A stretch of 64,000 nucleotides of DNA from Bacteroidia bacterium (GCA_045106685.1 JBGCFB010000148.1:518-64517), one strand, 5' to 3'; shown: positions 37,801 through 45,162, counted from the stretch's first letter. Translations and numbers: made by a program. Notes: generated from the sequence alone by a model not told the origin.

Positions 37801-40324
37801 GGTTCAGGGTGGTGATAAGGATAACTTTATCATCACGAGTACTGGCAAAATAACCGTTCGAGACGCCTCGCCATCAACGAGCTATGAGCTTCCTATAGGA
37901 CCTAACGATACGACCTTTGCTTTTCTCAAAATCACAATGGACCAAGCACATGTGAAAGACGATATTTCTATTTCGTTGGAGCACGCTGAATACCGCAATG
38001 ATTTTCCTGGAACACCCTTGTTTGATAAAGCAGTAGATCTGATCTGGAGTTTGAGTGAAAAAAGTGTCGGAGGCTCCCGCTACACCTTGTCCTTTACGAT
38101 TGATAGCTTGAATGGAGTTGAACCCTATGCTGCTATTGGTCATTTTATTGGAGGAAACTGGAGTTTATTCTCAGCCACCACTTCTAACAGGACGGCACCA
38201 TCTACAGACCCTTTTGTTATTATCTCAGACAGTGTATATAAGGATATCGGGAAGTTCGCCATTGTAAGCCCAACCCTTTGTGGAATAGGTGCAGGCGGGA
38301 CCTATGTAGGAAATGATACACTTGATACCCAAGCAGAACTCGATGCTTTTATTGACGGTGTTTCATTGAAATATACCAAGATTCAAGGCGATTTGGTGAT
38401 TGCTGGGAATAATGAAAATGACCCTATTATTTCATTCTGTAACCTCCGAGAGCTCACCGAAATCACTGGAAACCTGACTATTCAAGATTTTAATAGTGAT
38501 GACAATCCAACTAACCTTGATGACCTATCCAACCTCTCAAGAGTAGGCGGTTCCATTGTGTTGAAAGGAACCTTTATGCAACAAGATAGCTTGCAATTTG
38601 ATGGTCTAAAGACTATAGAAGGTGATCTTATACTACATGATTTAGGCACGAGTACTATACAAGTGGCTGTATATGATGATGGCGATTTTGATGGTTATAT
38701 ATCCCAAACGATAACCTCTCCTATTGCAGTCAATATGCCTGCGCTAACGAAGGTAGGCGATACGCTATGCATCGAAGCCAATGAGCATTTGACTGGACTC
38801 GACCTTACATCGTTGGAGCGTATCGAAGGAACACTGATTATTACAGGCGAAAAAAGCGAAATCGATACGCTGATGATGCCGAGTCTTGATTCTGTAATGG
38901 TTTCGGTTAAAATTGAAGATTTTGCTGAGGTTGCGACTATTACCACAACGACTACTGTAAACGGTCCGCCACTTCCTGGTGGAGGGTTCGCTGTAATTAC
39001 CACTACGACCACTACAGACGGCCCCCCAAATTCGGTTCATATGCCAGCGCTTGCCTTTATTGGTGATACGCTGTGCATGGAGCTAAATGCAGGTTTGGGA
39101 GGAATTGATTTTTCAGCGCTCGACAGAGTTGAAGGAAGCGTAGTACTTAAGGGTGCTGAAAGCCCTATGGATACCATCGAATTTGCTAAGCTCGATACTG
39201 TCCTCGGTTCTGTAAAAATAGAAGGTGTGGGAACCGTGGCAGCCGTAACAGGCGGCGGAGGCCCACCAGGTGGAGGAGGTCCGCCACCGCCGCCACCACC
39301 GCCCCCAGGAGGAGGAGGCCCGCCACCACCTCCGCCGCCGCCGCCAGGAGGAGGAGGTCCACCACCACCACCACCGGGCGGAGGAGGAACCCCAACAGCC
39401 ACTCCCGACACCTTTCTCCTCCAAATGCCATTTTTGGCCTCAATCGGTGATTCACTGATTCTGAAGAATAATAGTGGCGTCGGCGTGATGGATTTTGCCA
39501 GTCTGGAACGAACAGGAGACTTTGTATTTGAAGAAAATACCCACGGCTTCCTCAAGGACTTTGACGCTGTGTTTCCTTCGATGCTAAAGGTGAGCGGAGA
39601 CTTGCTAGTAAAAGACAACGATAGCTTGAAAAGCTGCTGCGTCGCTGCCTGCGTCGAAGTGACCGGAGCGCGCAGCATCAGCGGAAATAAGGGCAACTGC
39701 CTGGATGAAGCAACCGCAACGGCGTATTGTACGCCGAGCGCCGCTATCACAGGCGATGCCAGCGTGTGTGTGCGCCAAATGGTCCAGCTCGATGGAACGC
39801 CCACGGGCAATAATAGCCCTTTTAGGCACTCATGGGTCGTCGTCGATGGCACTGGAAAAGCTACGGTTGCGGACTCTGCGACAAGCGATGCCACCTTCAC
39901 CGGCACGAACATCGGCGATGTGACATTGCAGTATTATGCGATAAGCAAAGCTGGCTGTAAGTCTTCTACCGAGACGAAGACACTGACAATTGAAGGGATA
40001 ATTTCCAAAATTGGAGCTGCCGAATATTGCTCAATCCAGGACGCCATAGACGCTGCATCTTCGGGCGATATGATCAGTATTTCGGCAGGCACATATTCCG
40101 ATTGTGTGCTTATCAATAAGAACGTCAAGTTTGAGGCCGTCGGCGGAGCCGTAACGCTCCAATGCCTGACCATGAACGCCGCTAGTGGAGCTTTGACCCT
40201 CGACTCTGATCTTACGATCACAGCGCTGACGCTCACCCAAGGCAATGTCCACACCAATGGCAATAATCTGAAAGTCAGTAGCATAACGGGCGCTTCTGCA
40301 AGTTCACAGATTGTAACTGATTAA
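34889..40324 (+). CDS. Large secreted protein with a GloVer (Gloeo_Verruco) repeat array, receptor-L-domain-like repeats, a Gly/Pro tract and two beta-helix cap units
   Basis: I placed the start at ATG 34889 (MNTSTSRLLPFSLRFVWIALIFCMATFASAQ signal); the track ORF begins at TTG 34868. About 13 repeats of the KLYG(T/L/M)..GG...G(V/A)(L/I)FEYD type are present. The motif YC(T/S)IQ(E/D)AIDAAS.GDMISI occurs twice (~37545 and ~40020). I recognise no C-terminal sorting signal. Confidence 0.85.
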   Translation: MNTSTSRLLPFSLRFVWIALIFCMATFASAQQSSTLYINVPEGAEGAGGILGFPLGGTSSSFDHSFKYIQGHRPMHTGMVKVGAKLYGTSPGFSSSNAVGIYSFDPAINDYEFVQPFDVGLHGRNLFGRMLLASNGKLYGLGNSNGPNGGGTLYEYDIAQDTLIIRVAFESSQYNSPRGSLIEPIPGKIYGVASAHPLFQSTYGGIFEYDINTHTYTVIHSFNNSSDGEHPYGGLTAINQKLYGLTLHGGANSFGALFEYDLTTSTYTKKVDFNITNGSSPSNNSMTLASGKLYGTTRIGGVHGFGVLFEYDPASNTYTKKFDFSSTYAHPYGTQVLIGNKLYGNTAPEARTSANRGVIYEYDISAGTLAIKHPFGGIFNGINGRNPRTSLVHYGNYLYGLAVDGGIGNSGAIFEYDLGTNQYAKKLDFSAAPNGSEPSGSLVGYQQKLLGVNRKGGGQSGGALFQFDPATQIVTPRVSLGSLTNNTDPHNSTGLRVLNNGNQIIGVSENGGNGANLGTLFEYHPIAAPANKITTEYAFEMAASGANAYSAPIQSKKTGNLLGLALRGGNVADGAQGTIYERTQGGSTNLLHTFESNGVPFGSLIERESGILYGLTSGNKTSGSANYNPPNLPGTLFSYDASCGEHYVLHAFNGHQGEVPFGSLVEALPNKLYGMTSGGGANDHGVIFEFDLETFVYTVKHDFDGTNGAKPLGSFTMLSNGKLGGVTSEGGANNYGVMFEYDAASSTFNKLYDFTTEKGGKPGIENNIVEYSAWPILKPVVGLTACSAQALGLELSTTNASAQTGHYNLISVMPQAGLTAGAGNASVGDNKSAQAIQQDIFTNTTNNTLHVDYELSPVRADGARGDTTTIRVWVKSSSATLKGSDYCTIQEAIDAASDGDMISIKAGKHIEFLCIDKTLNFETSGGAVFIAGLTMKSTGDTLILKADFALGVVNIKEGFIKLNNRELTLAQVQGGDKDNFIITSTGKITVRDASPSTSYELPIGPNDTTFAFLKITMDQAHVKDDISISLEHAEYRNDFPGTPLFDKAVDLIWSLSEKSVGGSRYTLSFTIDSLNGVEPYAAIGHFIGGNWSLFSATTSNRTAPSTDPFVIISDSVYKDIGKFAIVSPTLCGIGAGGTYVGNDTLDTQAELDAFIDGVSLKYTKIQGDLVIAGNNENDPIISFCNLRELTEITGNLTIQDFNSDDNPTNLDDLSNLSRVGGSIVLKGTFMQQDSLQFDGLKTIEGDLILHDLGTSTIQVAVYDDGDFDGYISQTITSPIAVNMPALTKVGDTLCIEANEHLTGLDLTSLERIEGTLIITGEKSEIDTLMMPSLDSVMVSVKIEDFAEVATITTTTTVNGPPLPGGGFAVITTTTTTDGPPNSVHMPALAFIGDTLCMELNAGLGGIDFSALDRVEGSVVLKGAESPMDTIEFAKLDTVLGSVKIEGVGTVAAVTGGGGPPGGGGPPPPPPPPPGGGGPPPPPPPPPGGGGPPPPPPGGGGTPTATPDTFLLQMPFLASIGDSLILKNNSGVGVMDFASLERTGDFVFEENTHGFLKDFDAVFPSMLKVSGDLLVKDNDSLKSCCVAACVEVTGARSISGNKGNCLDEATATAYCTPSAAITGDASVCVRQMVQLDGTPTGNNSPFRHSWVVVDGTGKATVADSATSDATFTGTNIGDVTLQYYAISKAGCKSSTETKTLTIEGIISKIGAAEYCSIQDAIDAASSGDMISISAGTYSDCVLINKNVKFEAVGGAVTLQCLTMNAASGALTLDSDLTITALTLTQGNVHTNGNNLKVSSITGASASSQIVTD
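39251..39388 (+). repeat. In-frame Gly4/Pro-n coding microsatellite (G4P2 G4P9 G4P9 G4P6 G4)
   Basis: 46 consecutive Gly/Pro codons are built from a ~39-nt unit (ggaggaggaggYccRccacc...). The segment forms a local GC spike. Confidence 0.95.
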
Positions 40325-40383
40325 ACGAAACTGGCTATTAGCTCATCATAAAAACACTCAAATCAGCTAATCATCAAATCATT

Positions 40384-40400
40384 AAAAAAAAAAAAAAAAA
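40384..40400 (+). repeat. Poly(A)17 homopolymer inside upstream element copy C
   Basis: 17 consecutive A residues occupy exactly the 17 positions that read CATTCACAGGCAAAAAA in copy B. Confidence 0.97.
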
Positions 40401-40438
40401 GGTCCATTCACAAAGAAAAACCTGCCCTTCCCTAAAAA
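40395..40438 (+). promoter_or_regulatory. Conserved upstream element, copy C (3' core)
   Basis: AAAAAAGGTCCATTCACAAAGAAAAACCTGCCCTTCCCTAAAAA matches copies A/B at 39-40 of 44 positions. It lies ~80 nt before ATG 40523. The 26-mer at 40358-40383 is identical to 34750-34775. Confidence 0.6.
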
Positions 40439-40522
40439 CACCTTCCATTTTTAGGTCATATGGCCTTCTTTTGAGGCAGCGAATCAATTCACACTCTCCT
40501 CACACTAACTAAGAAATTTATC

Positions 40523-41611
40523 ATGAAAAAACTCATACTTATAACCTTTTCGATGCTAGTGGCCGGATACGCACTAGCGCAAGCCGGAATCAATTTTGAT
40601 ATCCGCAATGCTCAGACAAATGGGAACACCTATGAGTTTGATGTCTTTATGAGTGCTAACCAGCAAGGCACACTTAACTCACACGGTCAGGTATATGTGA
40701 ATTATAATACGGCTGTGTTCGGTGCCAATATCGCCACCGCTGGCCAGGTCACTGCTTTGCAAACTGGACTTCTCAACCAAGTCGAGCCACAGACAGGCGT
40801 GCCCAAGTACATGACCGTAAACGTAGCTGATAATGCAAACGGAATCTTCGCTATCACATGGCAATCCAATTTTGCTTCATTCCCAGCTTCGCCTGCCTTT
40901 CAGGCAGAGGTGCCTGTCGTCGCTACACCGATCTATCATGTCGTCATGACTATGAGTCAGCCTACCACTGCCCCTGTGGTTAGTTTCAACAATCAGTTGA
41001 TGACAGGGCAGCAGTTTTACCAGATTCAAGCAACAACACAACATATTCCTTACTCACAATTTGCTTCCCTGCCTGTAGAGCTACTCGCTTTTGATGCTAC
41101 CAAGATCAACGAGGACGTTCAACTGAACTGGACAACCAGCCGCGAAATCAATAATGATCATTTCATCATCGAGAAAGCCACTGATGTTGGAGCCTTTGAG
41201 CCGATTGCAAAAGTAGACGGACAAGGAACTACCGAAGGTTCATCGGAATATGTGTATACCGACAAATCCGCAATGGGTCTTGTGAATGCATACCGCCTCA
41301 AGCAAGTCGATATAGATGGCACGTACACCTACTCCGAAATCATCGAAGTAACCTTTGATGCTGCCCAAAGTGAGGCGCTATTAGTATATCCTGTGCCGGC
41401 TCGCGAGCATCTGAATGTGATGATCGGGAAAGAACTTGACAGTAAGCTTACCCTCAACATTTTCAATACAGCAGGTAAGCTCGTCTGGACAGGAAATTAT
41501 GAAACAACCGATGCGAAAGTTGATATCTCGATTTTGCCAGCAGGAAACTATACCATCCAGGCGCAAGCCGGTCAGTTCCAGCAGAGCAAGCAATTTATCA
41601 AGATAGACTAA
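40523..41611 (+). CDS. Secreted protein with a beta-rich N-domain, an fn3/Ig-like middle domain and a T9SS type-A C-terminal sorting domain
   Basis: The signal is MKKLILITFSMLVAGYALAQA. The middle region reads ELLAFDATKINEDVQLNWTT...YRLKQVDIDGTYTYSEIIEV. The tail LLVYPVPAREHLNV...LNIFNTAGKLV...LPAGNYTIQA... fits the Por_Secre_tail pattern. Confidence 0.85.
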   Translation: MKKLILITFSMLVAGYALAQAGINFDIRNAQTNGNTYEFDVFMSANQQGTLNSHGQVYVNYNTAVFGANIATAGQVTALQTGLLNQVEPQTGVPKYMTVNVADNANGIFAITWQSNFASFPASPAFQAEVPVVATPIYHVVMTMSQPTTAPVVSFNNQLMTGQQFYQIQATTQHIPYSQFASLPVELLAFDATKINEDVQLNWTTSREINNDHFIIEKATDVGAFEPIAKVDGQGTTEGSSEYVYTDKSAMGLVNAYRLKQVDIDGTYTYSEIIEVTFDAAQSEALLVYPVPAREHLNVMIGKELDSKLTLNIFNTAGKLVWTGNYETTDAKVDISILPAGNYTIQAQAGQFQQSKQFIKID

Positions 41612-41646
41612 GGCATCTACGAATTAGCAAGTATTGTAGTAATTCG

Positions 41647-41685
41647 AAGCTCTGGGGCCATTATGGCTTCAGGGCTTGTTTTTTT
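41647..41685 (+). terminator. Intrinsic terminator of the three-gene locus
   Basis: A 13-bp stem (3 G-U pairs) joins 41647-41659 to 41665-41677 and is followed by GTTTTTTT. Confidence 0.7.
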
Positions 41686-41794
41686 ATGTGAAGATCTAAT
41701 GCCGAAATGGTATTAGGTTTTTTTGTTCAATAAGTCGAAAAAACAACCCTAAAGCTTTTGCAAACGCTACTTCTAGTAGCATAGTTGCAGGTGG

Positions 41795-41855
41795 CTGAGC
41801 GGAGTCGAAGCCACCTGATATTGCCTTTGGCAATGTTCCCTTCGACTCCGCTCAG
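41795..41855. repeat. Palindromic REP/MITE-like element, family 1, copy 2
   Basis: CTGAGCGGAGTCGAAG (41795-41810) pairs with CTTCGACTCCGCTCAG (41840-41855). A further 14-mer AACGGCAAGAAAAT near 41923 matches the loop of copy 1 in reverse complement. Confidence 0.85.
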
Positions 41856-42065
41856 GGAACGGCCGGGTGTTGCTAGAACCGTGCTTTTTACTGGCATTAC
41901 AATGATACAAGTCAAAGCCACAACGGCAAGAAAATCTGCCGATTTTGACCCTTTTTTTAAGCTAAAGAGGCTATATTATTTCGACAAGTTTAGAAAAGGA
42001 AATCAAAACATAGGCAATCATAAATGACTTTCCCTTCGTAAATTGCCCCTCAGTATTCTTTATTT

Positions 42066-42617
42066 ATGGTGCCAAAAATCAAAACAGAAAGGCTTCTACT
42101 GCGAAAGATAGCACTGGAGGACGCTGCACAACTATTGCATATTCGAAGTGATAAAACCATCAATCGTTATATCGTTCGGCAGGTTCCATTGGATGTAGAA
42201 GAGGTGCAGGAGTTTGTGAAAAAGCTGCTCAAAGGAATGGGAGAGGGGACTTTTATGTTTTGGGCTATTTGTTGGAAAGACAAGCCTGCCGAAGTATTGG
42301 GGACGATATGCTTTTGGAACTTTTCTCAAGACAGAACAAAAGCAGAAACAGGTTACGAATTGCTGCCAGTCTACCATGGAAACGGAATTATGAGCGAGGC
42401 TCTGGAAGCATTATTGCAGGTAGGTTTGCATGATTTGGGTCTTGAACAAATAGAGGCCTTTACCCATGTTGAAAATATAGCGTCGATTGCCTTATTAGAA
42501 CGTGCTGGATTTCAGCTTGAGCCTGAAAGGCGTGATCCGAAGTTTCCGCACAATCGGGTGTATGTGAAAAACGTTTTTAAGACCGGTTGCACTACCTCTG
42601 TCAGCGCTTCACCATAA
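42066..42617 (+). CDS. GNAT N-acetyltransferase (RimJ/RimL-like); the last 11 codons are supplied by a repeat element
   Basis: TERLLLRKIALEDA...GYELLPVYHGNGIMSEAL...NIASIALLERAGF fits the GNAT fold. The C-terminus TGCTTSVSASP* is encoded by element 42585-42647. Confidence 0.85.
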   Translation: MVPKIKTERLLLRKIALEDAAQLLHIRSDKTINRYIVRQVPLDVEEVQEFVKKLLKGMGEGTFMFWAICWKDKPAEVLGTICFWNFSQDRTKAETGYELLPVYHGNGIMSEALEALLQVGLHDLGLEQIEAFTHVENIASIALLERAGFQLEPERRDPKFPHNRVYVKNVFKTGCTTSVSASP

Positions 42618-42647
42618 CGCCTAAAGCGCTGACAGAGGTTAGCAACC
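42585..42647. repeat. Palindromic REP/MITE-like element, family 2, copy 2 (inverted relative to copy 1)
   Basis: ACCTCTGTCAGCGCTT (42594-42609) pairs with AAGCGCTGACAGAGGT (42624-42639) around a 14-nt loop. GGTTGC/GCAACC shoulders flank it. The loop resembles the reverse complement of the copy 1 loop. Confidence 0.85.
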
Positions 42648-42678
42648 CTAATAGAGTATTGACGTGATAACTATTAAT

Positions 42679-43614
42679 ATGAAGCGTTTCCGCAAAATAT
42701 CGTTACGCGTTTTACTGATCAGTTTTATTATACTGAATATCAGTGCAGCGTTTCACGCTTGGCATTTCACGCATTTTGTCAAAACAGATCAGCCCAAAAC
42801 AAAGCTGGACGAATTACAGACAGTAGATAAAGTGAAACTTCTGTTCTTTGGGCTGGCTAATCCACGGCCTCAAAATCTCCGCTTCCCTGACTCTCCCTAT
42901 GAGACATTTAAGGTTCGCCAAGGCGAGCATGACCTCGAAGTCTGGCGCGTGCCAGTGGACTCGGCACATGGGGAAGTGATCCTCTTTCACGGCTACAGTG
43001 GGGAGAAATCCTCGATGCTGGATCGTGCAAAGCTGATTCAAGAGATGGGCTACAATACCTGGCTGGTAGACTTTTATGGGTCAGGTGGTTCTTCCGGCAA
43101 TACGACCTCTATTGGCTATCGCGAAGCAGAGGACGTAGTAGCGGTTATTGATTTTGTAAAAAAGAAGAGCAATAAACGCATCATGCTTCTGGGAACTTCC
43201 ATGGGGGCAGCCGCGATTATGAGGGCCGCACATAACGGCAAGCTCTCCGCAGAGCGCATTGTTATAGAGTGTCCCTTTGGATCCATGTTGCAGACTTCCA
43301 AGAATCGATTTAATAAGTTAGGTGCTCCTTCTTTCCCTGCTGCTCATCTTCTCGTTTTTTGGGGAGGGATTGAAAATGGCTTTTGGGGTTTTTCGCACAA
43401 CCCAAAACGCTACGCTGAATCAGTGGATGTCCCAAGCCTCCTTATATATGGAGAACAAGACGATCGAGTTACCCGGCACGAAATAGACGCGGTGTATGAG
43501 CGACTCGCTGGCAAAAAGCAACTGGTGCTACTTCCCAAAGCTGGTCACGCCAACTACCTCCAGACTGAGAAGCGAGCATGGCAGACAGCTGTTGCGAACT
43601 TTTTGCGAGAATAG
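42679..43614 (+). CDS. Alpha/beta hydrolase with an N-terminal TM anchor
   Basis: FHGYSGEKSS is present, the nucleophile elbow is GTSMG, and the C-terminal region has AGHANY. The start is ATG 42679 (MKRFRKISL...); the track ORF starts at GTG 42664. Confidence 0.85.
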   Translation: MKRFRKISLRVLLISFIILNISAAFHAWHFTHFVKTDQPKTKLDELQTVDKVKLLFFGLANPRPQNLRFPDSPYETFKVRQGEHDLEVWRVPVDSAHGEVILFHGYSGEKSSMLDRAKLIQEMGYNTWLVDFYGSGGSSGNTTSIGYREAEDVVAVIDFVKKKSNKRIMLLGTSMGAAAIMRAAHNGKLSAERIVIECPFGSMLQTSKNRFNKLGAPSFPAAHLLVFWGGIENGFWGFSHNPKRYAESVDVPSLLIYGEQDDRVTRHEIDAVYERLAGKKQLVLLPKAGHANYLQTEKRAWQTAVANFLRE

Positions 43615-43623
43615 AATATCATC

Positions 43624-45162
43624 CTACTTCTTTGCCTTTTCCTCTTTTGCTTTTAGCCTTTCCCTGACTTTTTTGAGGAGCCATTCTCGGTGGGAAGTCA
43701 TGGGTGTTTTGTGAATACGTTGTCCCAAACCAGGAAGACGATCTCTACGATAGTCTTTACAGAGTTTGTCATAGTAAAGGCAGAAGTTTTTCATACGGAG
43801 ACGAAAAGTTTCTGTAATTCCTTTGGCACGTTCCGAAGATCGCCGTAACAATATGGCAAAGCTGCGAAGGTCTTCAAAGTTGGGGTTTTTCTTCTGAGCT
43901 TCCTGTTCATACATTGCCAGACATGAATAACTCTTGGCCATGAGTTCATAAAGGGGATTCTCAAAGCTTACGCTTAGCTTCTTAAGTGTTTGTGAATAAT
44001 CTTTACTGTGAAAAAACAGAAGTGCTTTCCCGATCAACAAAGCGTCTGTTCGACCGTCCTGAGGTAAAAGGCGAATCAGGCGATCAAGATTTTCGTGATA
44101 AAGACCTCCATCCATGTTTAGTTCTTTTGCATAATTGTCAAGACGGAAGGCGGTAGATAAAAGTGAGGTAAATGTACCCCATGGTAGTTTTCCTTTAGAT
44201 AAAATAACCTTCGTCTTAATGCCCCACATATGAAGCTCCCAAATCTGGTTGAGGTAAAAATAGCGCAACTTAGGATCGGCAGTAGTACCACTGCGGTTAA
44301 TACATACTCCAATAAGCAGATAAAAGAAGTTCATCAGAGACAAGGGTAGCTTTTCATAATGACTTCCAAGATGTTGAAGCCATTTCAGCATAGTTGGAAT
44401 AGTTATTTGATCCTTCTCTTCATTTTTCGGGGGCAGCAGAAGATCATTAATAAGATGGTATAAGTAACGGAGTGCTAAATTAGAGGTGGAGGGGTCGGTT
44501 ATATCGGTAGAGATACTCGTTTCAGCCTTCGTGAGAGCCTCCCGAGTCAAATAGGGAAGGGTAGGGTTTTCTACTCCTGGTTGGTAGTATAAGGATATCG
44601 CTGATAAATATAGTTTCTCATGAAGCCACCAGTTATCAAAGGTGATATTCATATCTGAGATGCCTTCTGTGATCGTAATTTTGCCTTTGGCCGTTAGAAT
44701 TGCTTGACGTGCCGTAGCAACATCATGAGCCAGACGTAGCTTTTCTGTAAGCAGCCCTTTATCTTTGCTGTTTTCGTTTTCTGGATCATGAGATACCGCG
44801 TCATACATTTTGGCTTGGGTTCGCTCCAGAAGGTCGAATTTACCTCTGCTACTATAGGCTTGAAGCAATAGCCTGTCGACTATATCTGGAGAGTTTTCTA
44901 ATTCTTGCCTGACAAGAAAGTATTCCATTGCATCAGCTAGGTTAAAACATCGGCGATGAAATTTTGCTTGTGAATACGGTTGGGATGGAAAAGCATACTG
45001 CCATGCATCCTCAGAACTCATCCCTTCCAGAAGGGCCTTGCACAAAGGAGCAAGATATGGCATTCTGTGATCGTACATGATTGTGAGCCAGGGTACGATT
45101 TGCTTCTCTTCAAGATCGGTAAGTGAATCAAGAATAATGTGTACTCGGGATGAAATGGCCAT
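43624..45162 (-). CDS. Hypothetical all-helical protein (512 aa) with a basic C-terminus
   Basis: This is a long ORF with coding-like composition. I recognise no motif. It is convergent with the hydrolase gene (9-nt gap) and divergent from a T9SS cargo gene. Confidence 0.6.
   Translation of the reverse strand: MAISSRVHIILDSLTDLEEKQIVPWLTIMYDHRMPYLAPLCKALLEGMSSEDAWQYAFPSQPYSQAKFHRRCFNLADAMEYFLVRQELENSPDIVDRLLLQAYSSRGKFDLLERTQAKMYDAVSHDPENENSKDKGLLTEKLRLAHDVATARQAILTAKGKITITEGISDMNITFDNWWLHEKLYLSAISLYYQPGVENPTLPYLTREALTKAETSISTDITDPSTSNLALRYLYHLINDLLLPPKNEEKDQITIPTMLKWLQHLGSHYEKLPLSLMNFFYLLIGVCINRSGTTADPKLRYFYLNQIWELHMWGIKTKVILSKGKLPWGTFTSLLSTAFRLDNYAKELNMDGGLYHENLDRLIRLLPQDGRTDALLIGKALLFFHSKDYSQTLKKLSVSFENPLYELMAKSYSCLAMYEQEAQKKNPNFEDLRSFAILLRRSSERAKGITETFRLRMKNFCLYYDKLCKDYRRDRLPGLGQRIHKTPMTSHREWLLKKVRERLKAKEEKAKK

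Noticed and set aside
39037-39912. 291-aa minus-strand ORF, and the arginine/tryptophan-rich ORFs around 39113-39458
   Set aside because: They are produced by the GC-rich Gly/Pro codon repeat read in other frames or on the other strand. They lie inside the 1811-aa gene.
22477-41685. The surface-protein locus as a mobile genomic island
   Set aside because: There is no integrase, transposase, tRNA gene or flanking direct repeat. The only repeat near its border (41795-41855) is a small palindromic element that is also found elsewhere.
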